64,000 nucleotides of DNA. Source: the human T2T-CHM13v2.0 reference genome, Homo sapiens. The notes beneath the pieces were generated by a model, which saw only the letters and a list, made by a program, of their open reading frames with translations, was not told where the DNA came from and searched no databases. The position numbers and the translations under genes are program-made. The stretch lies in NCBI RefSeq assembly GCF_009914755.1, contig NC_060926.1. One strand, given 5' to 3'. This document shows, in pieces, positions 59,600 to 64,000 of the stretch; the first letter of the stretch is position 1; each line of letters opens with the position of its first letter.

Positions 59600-61570
59600 G
59601 GTTCAAACCATTGGAGAGCTTCCAAGGCAGTGAGAACTCCTGATTTTGAAGATCACAAATTTCCAGAGAAGTGAGCTAGACCTTTGGGGCCACTCATCCC
59701 TGAGGGCACTTATCAATTTGAAAGAAGTAGCTGGAGGATGGGAAGCTCTGCAAAGTTTTCAGCTGAATAACAGGGCTAGGGGAACAAATGCTGGGTTACA
59801 GGGCTGGCTGATGAGGAGTAGCCCTAGTAATGACACAGGATGTCAGTGGAGTTCCCAAAATTCTGATTCCTAACAGCAGGCTGCAGCAGAAATTAGCAAG
59901 CACTCAAATGAACTGAGGCCCAGCTTTTAAACACTTCAATTATTGATTTGATTAATATAATCACGGAACACAATAGAGAACATGGATACAGACCCACATA
60001 TATATGAACAATGATTTATGAAAAAGATTGCACAAAGAGCAGTGGGAAAGGCATGAACTTTTTGATAAATGGTGATGGATTCACTGAATATCCATATTGG
60101 AAAAATTAATACTGACTCTTATCCATATTGTACCCCAAAATTAATTTCAGATAGTGTTAATTTAAATGTGAAACATGGAAGAAGAAAATATCTAGAAAAA
60201 ATTTAGAAAAATATCTGTATAACCTTGAGTTAGGAAAAGATTTCTTAAACAAGACAAGAAAAAAGGCACTAATTATAGATGAAAAGATTGATAAATTGGA
60301 CTGCATTATAATAAAAAAATCCTGTCCATTCACAAACATCATTAAGAGTGAAAAGTAAGGCAGAGGGTTGAAGAAATTTGTAATACATGAGAAAAAAATA
60401 GTTATTTGTGTATTCTATTAACTACTCCTACAAATCAGTAAGAACATTTGTTCACACAACTCAATAGAAAAAAGGCAAGAATCATGAACAGGCATTTCTA
60501 AATGGTCAATAAAGCGTTCAACCTGATTAATAATCAGATAAATGAAAATTAAACCATAAAGAGATACTGCTAACGACCTGCTCATATGACTAAGATAAAA
60601 TAAGATTCAGAATTTCACATTAGGGAAAGAGAATTAGAACTCTCACATGCTATTGAGAGTAAGGTAAATTGGCACTAACACCTGGTAGTAACTAATAAAG
60701 TGAATATATGCATATACTTTGTTCCAGCTATTTTACTTTTATGTATATATCCAACAGAAATTCATCCATGTGCACACCAAGTGACATGAATGAGACTGTT
60801 CTTAGAGGTTTTATTTATAATAGCCCTGTTACTGGTGAAATTGTGCTCCCCAAAGAGAATGTGGAAGGGCTAACCCATAGAATATGACCTTATTTGGAAA
60901 TATAGGGTTCTTAAAAATATAATTAATTAAAGTGAGGTCTTACTGGGTGGGTTCTTCATTCGATATGGCTGGTGTCCTTAGGAAAAGGGGAGACACACAG
61001 GGAGAAAATAGTTATGGAACTATGGAGGCAAAGATTGGAGTGATCCATTTGCAATGCAAGGAACGTTGGAGATTGCCAGCAAACACCAGAAGCTAGAAGA
61101 GGTTAGGAAAGTTTCTCCTCTACAGGTTTCATAGGAAGCATAGTCCTATCATTACCTTGATTTCAGGCTTCTATTATCCAGAACTTTGGACAATAAATTT
61201 CTGTTGTTTTAAGATATAATTTGTAGTTCTTTGTTAAAGGAGTCCTGGGAGACTAATTTAAGCCCCCAAATGAAAACAACCCAAATATCTATCAAGAGTA
61301 AAATAGATATATTATGCCATATTAGCAAAATAGAACACTATGCAACAATAAAAACAAATGAAATTCTGCTACATGCACAACCATAAATTTCACTTGATTA
61401 CATTAAAAGATGGAAGAATATATAATGATGAGCACAGGGCACGAGGGTGACTTCTGGTGTTCCATTTATTAACATGGATGAGGATTATATAAATGTGTTC
61501 ACTTTGTGGTAATTCATTGTATACTTTTTTACACTTTTGAATATTTATATTATAATTCTGCAATAAGTTA
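59600..61570 (+). mobile_element. Old L1ME-type fragments (5' piece, ORF2 end, 3' end), interrupted by an MLT1 LTR
   Basis: acagacccacatatatatg..., ggaaaagatttcttaaacaagac, gtgttcactttgtggtaattcatt. Confidence 0.75.
60827..61260 (+). mobile_element. MLT1 (MLT1C-like) solo LTR
   Basis: gaccttatttggaaat, ccagaagctagaagagg, aataaatttctgttgttttaag; 5-bp TSD agccc (60822-60826, 61261-61265). Confidence 0.92.
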
Positions 61571-61959
61571 GTAAACACTCTCAATGGCATATTTGAAATT
61601 TAGTTCTTTAAAGTATAGAAATTTTTTTAAAAAATTTGACACAAAGTAAGACAAGTGTACTTAATTATGTCTTTCCTGAGAGTCTTCGTCTTGTGATGCT
61701 GCTACTGACATTTTACAGTCATACTACTGAAGTAATAGAGGATAGTAAGTTTTGGGGTAGAAGTGAAGCATTGACTCTATGGGTTAGTCCATCTTCAGAA
61801 CATACTACCCACAATTCTTCTCAGCCTAAATAAAGTCCTCAGTCTTCCACACAAAGTTAGGATTATTTTGAAGTGTGGCTTACCTACCTGAGCCTACGTG
61901 CCAGACTGTGACCCTCCAAAGAAAAGCAGAGGCTACTAGAGTTTATTATTATTTACGTG

Positions 61960-62164
61960 TTGCAGGATTTCCTTTATATGACATTCTGGAAACAGTAAAA
62001 CAACAGAAACAAAATAGTTGATTGCTTGCCAGGGCCTGCAGACAGGGAGGAATTGAATATAATGTTTGAGGGAACGTGTTAGGGTGATGAAACTGCTTCT
62101 TATCTCAATTGTGGTGGTGGATATATGACTGAATATGTTTGTCAAAACTCATAGAACTGTATAC
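61960..62164 (+). mobile_element. L1MC/MD-type 3'UTR fragment, joined directly to the SFXN5 retrocopy
   Basis: tatatgacattctggaaa...ggtggtggatatatgact...gtcaaaactcatagaactgtatac. Confidence 0.8.
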
Positions 62165-62380
62165 CTCAGTGAAAAAGAGTGTGAGAGGGTTGATGATACC
62201 CAAGAAGTGCCAGAAGTGGCCATAGAAGGACATCTTCTGGAAGCAGGGTTTGCCCAGTTGGAAAGGAGGTGCATTGGTCAAGGTTTTATGGCACTAGCCA
62301 CAGTTACTGATGTTGTAGTTGCTTTATCTGCCATGGCCACTGATGCCTGCAATCCCCAGCTTTTTAAAAATGGCCCTCAG
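62165..62380 (-). pseudogene. SFXN5: Processed pseudogene fragment of sideroflexin-5 (5'UTR plus ~57 codons, 1-nt frameshift)
   Basis: Minus strand from ATG at 62334: [15 protein letters not shown] / [37 protein letters not shown] vs recalled SFXN5 MADTATTASAAAASA...[37 protein letters not shown]; intronless, CpG-decayed. Confidence 0.9.
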
Positions 62381-62524
62381 TTTAAACTATTGAAATCATT
62401 TACAAGTTTGGGGAAAAATGTCTCTAAATAAAAATTATTAATAGCTACAACTTAAACAGTGCTGAAAGAATTAGAAGGTCCTCTAAAGACTGTAAGGAAG
62501 TTCTGAGCATGTTGAGGAGATTGG

Positions 62525-62660
62525 TAATAGGGCTGTTGTTAAGAGCAGAGTCTAGAGTCACCTTTGTTTGGATTCAGCTTCCTCTTCCACTGTTCAATAG
62601 CTGGGTAAATTTAGGCAAACTATTTAATATTTGATTGCTTCTTAATATTAAAAAATCCTA
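62525..62660 (+). mobile_element. MIR
   Basis: gttaagagcagagtctagagtca...atagctgggtaaatttaggcaaactatttaa. Confidence 0.7.
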
Positions 62661-62899
62661 CTACCAAAACAATGAAACATACAATTCTATTTAACATGAA
62701 GAAATAACAACATTTAGGCTAAGACAAAGGAAAAACTTTAGGGTAAGGACAAAAGAAGAAAGTTAGGCTAAGAAAGACTAAATAAAGATAATGAGTTCAC
62801 ATAACAAATTGTGTTGACACAGTTGAGAGAGTTAAAATCTGATTTCAGAGCAATTTGAACCTGAAATGTGACCTTGCCATATTGTCATGCTGGGTTGCA

Positions 62900-63200
62900 A
62901 CTTGCATATTACCTCCTATGATATGCTTTCCCTTGATTACCCAAATTTAAACTCCCTAAATGCTATGCACACTTCTGTCATAGTTCTCGTCACGCAATTT
63001 TGTTATTTATCTGTAACTATCTGTTAACAGATACCACAAATAGACATCAACATCTCTCTATAAACCCCAATAAACCAGGAGATTCTCTGGGCTAGAGATC
63101 TTTCTTACCTACATTCTGCATCTTCAGCATTGTGCCTGCACAAAATCAATGGTCAAAAGAGATGAGAAAACTCAATATAGTTGGATGAATTATCAGATGG
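62900..63200 (+). mobile_element. Degraded L2 3' fragment
   Basis: acctcctatgatatgctttccct...cagcattgtgcctgcaca. Confidence 0.45.
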
Positions 63201-63964
63201 CTAGAAATCAAAATATACATTCTATGAATTTAAAACATATACAAGTCTTGTCATTATGCCATGTTTCTAAAAGGCCTATGAACTAAGCTCTTATATGTGA
63301 AAATATTTATCCTGGCAAGAATTTTGATTGTTTGATGCCTTCTGTTTTAGACCAAGAACTCATTGGCACAAGAGATAAGCCAGAATTGTTACAAATTCCC
63401 AAGAAATTCCAAGAAGAAAATAATCTGTGAAACACTATATGATAAACTTGCACGTTGTTAAAAGACTATATTTAAATCAAAGGAAAAAGATTAAACATAT
63501 AACTTTTAGTGGGTTGTAGAAAGGGGTATGGCTTCTAATCTGGTCTGTTTATGCAGTAATCAAATATATTTTCAAGGTCTACAGTGTTGGAACTGTAAAG
63601 TCTTTCCAATGTGAGAGAAAAGTGTTATATTATAATCAAAAGAAATGAAGGGGCTGATCCTGGAATTCCATATAGTTCTGCATTTTTTGTGGTTCCTAAT
63701 CAATGGATTCATTTTGTTTTTAAATCTGTAACTTGGTTATTTTTATAACAAACTCTAATTTCCACAATGATGAAAACAACTTTGATGATGCTCTCTAGCT
63801 TACAGCTCTCATTATTACAATACAATACAAAGCATTCCTTCAAATTTTCTAAAACTGAACAATTATCCAAGTTGGTAATTTAGTAGTCAATAAGTAACTA
63901 AAACTACCCTAAATGTTAAAAGAGTTCATTAATTCTAGTCCAATATTATTTCAGTCTTTCTGCT

Positions 63965-64000
63965 CCATTGAATTCTTGTCTCACGACCAGGAAGAATTAG
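63965..64000 (-). mobile_element. Edge of an ERV1 LTR related to 34030-34311
   Basis: ttcttgtctcacgaccaggaagaattag vs ttcttgtctcatgaccaggaaaaattag at ~34072-34099. Confidence 0.6.

Noticed and set aside
61930-62405. TSD around the SFXN5 retrocopy (ctactagagttt vs ctattgaaatcattt)
   Set aside because: Too degenerate to call.
62135-62431. 98-aa plus-strand ORF
   Set aside because: Antisense of the SFXN5 retrocopy; the real homology is on the minus strand.

Overview
AT-rich, repeat-dense primate (human-like) genomic DNA; I see no intact protein-coding gene, RNA gene or CRISPR array. Much of the window is transposon-derived: many L1 fragments (four with 5' inversions), an L1MA retaining both ends and its TSD that hosts several younger insertions, nine Alus, a full THE1 MaLR provirus plus solo LTRs, a full-length Tigger4-like DNA transposon, and old MIR/L2/MER pieces. 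The one gene-derived sequence is a minus-strand processed fragment of SFXN5 (5'UTR plus about 57 codons). It joins an antisense L1 piece and an A-rich tail, suggesting a retrocopy of a short alternative SFXN5 isoform. Several local repair or template-switch scars and two unique, motif-rich non-coding blocks are also visible. Subfamily calls are from remembered consensus features, not a database search, and boundaries lacking TSDs are approximate.
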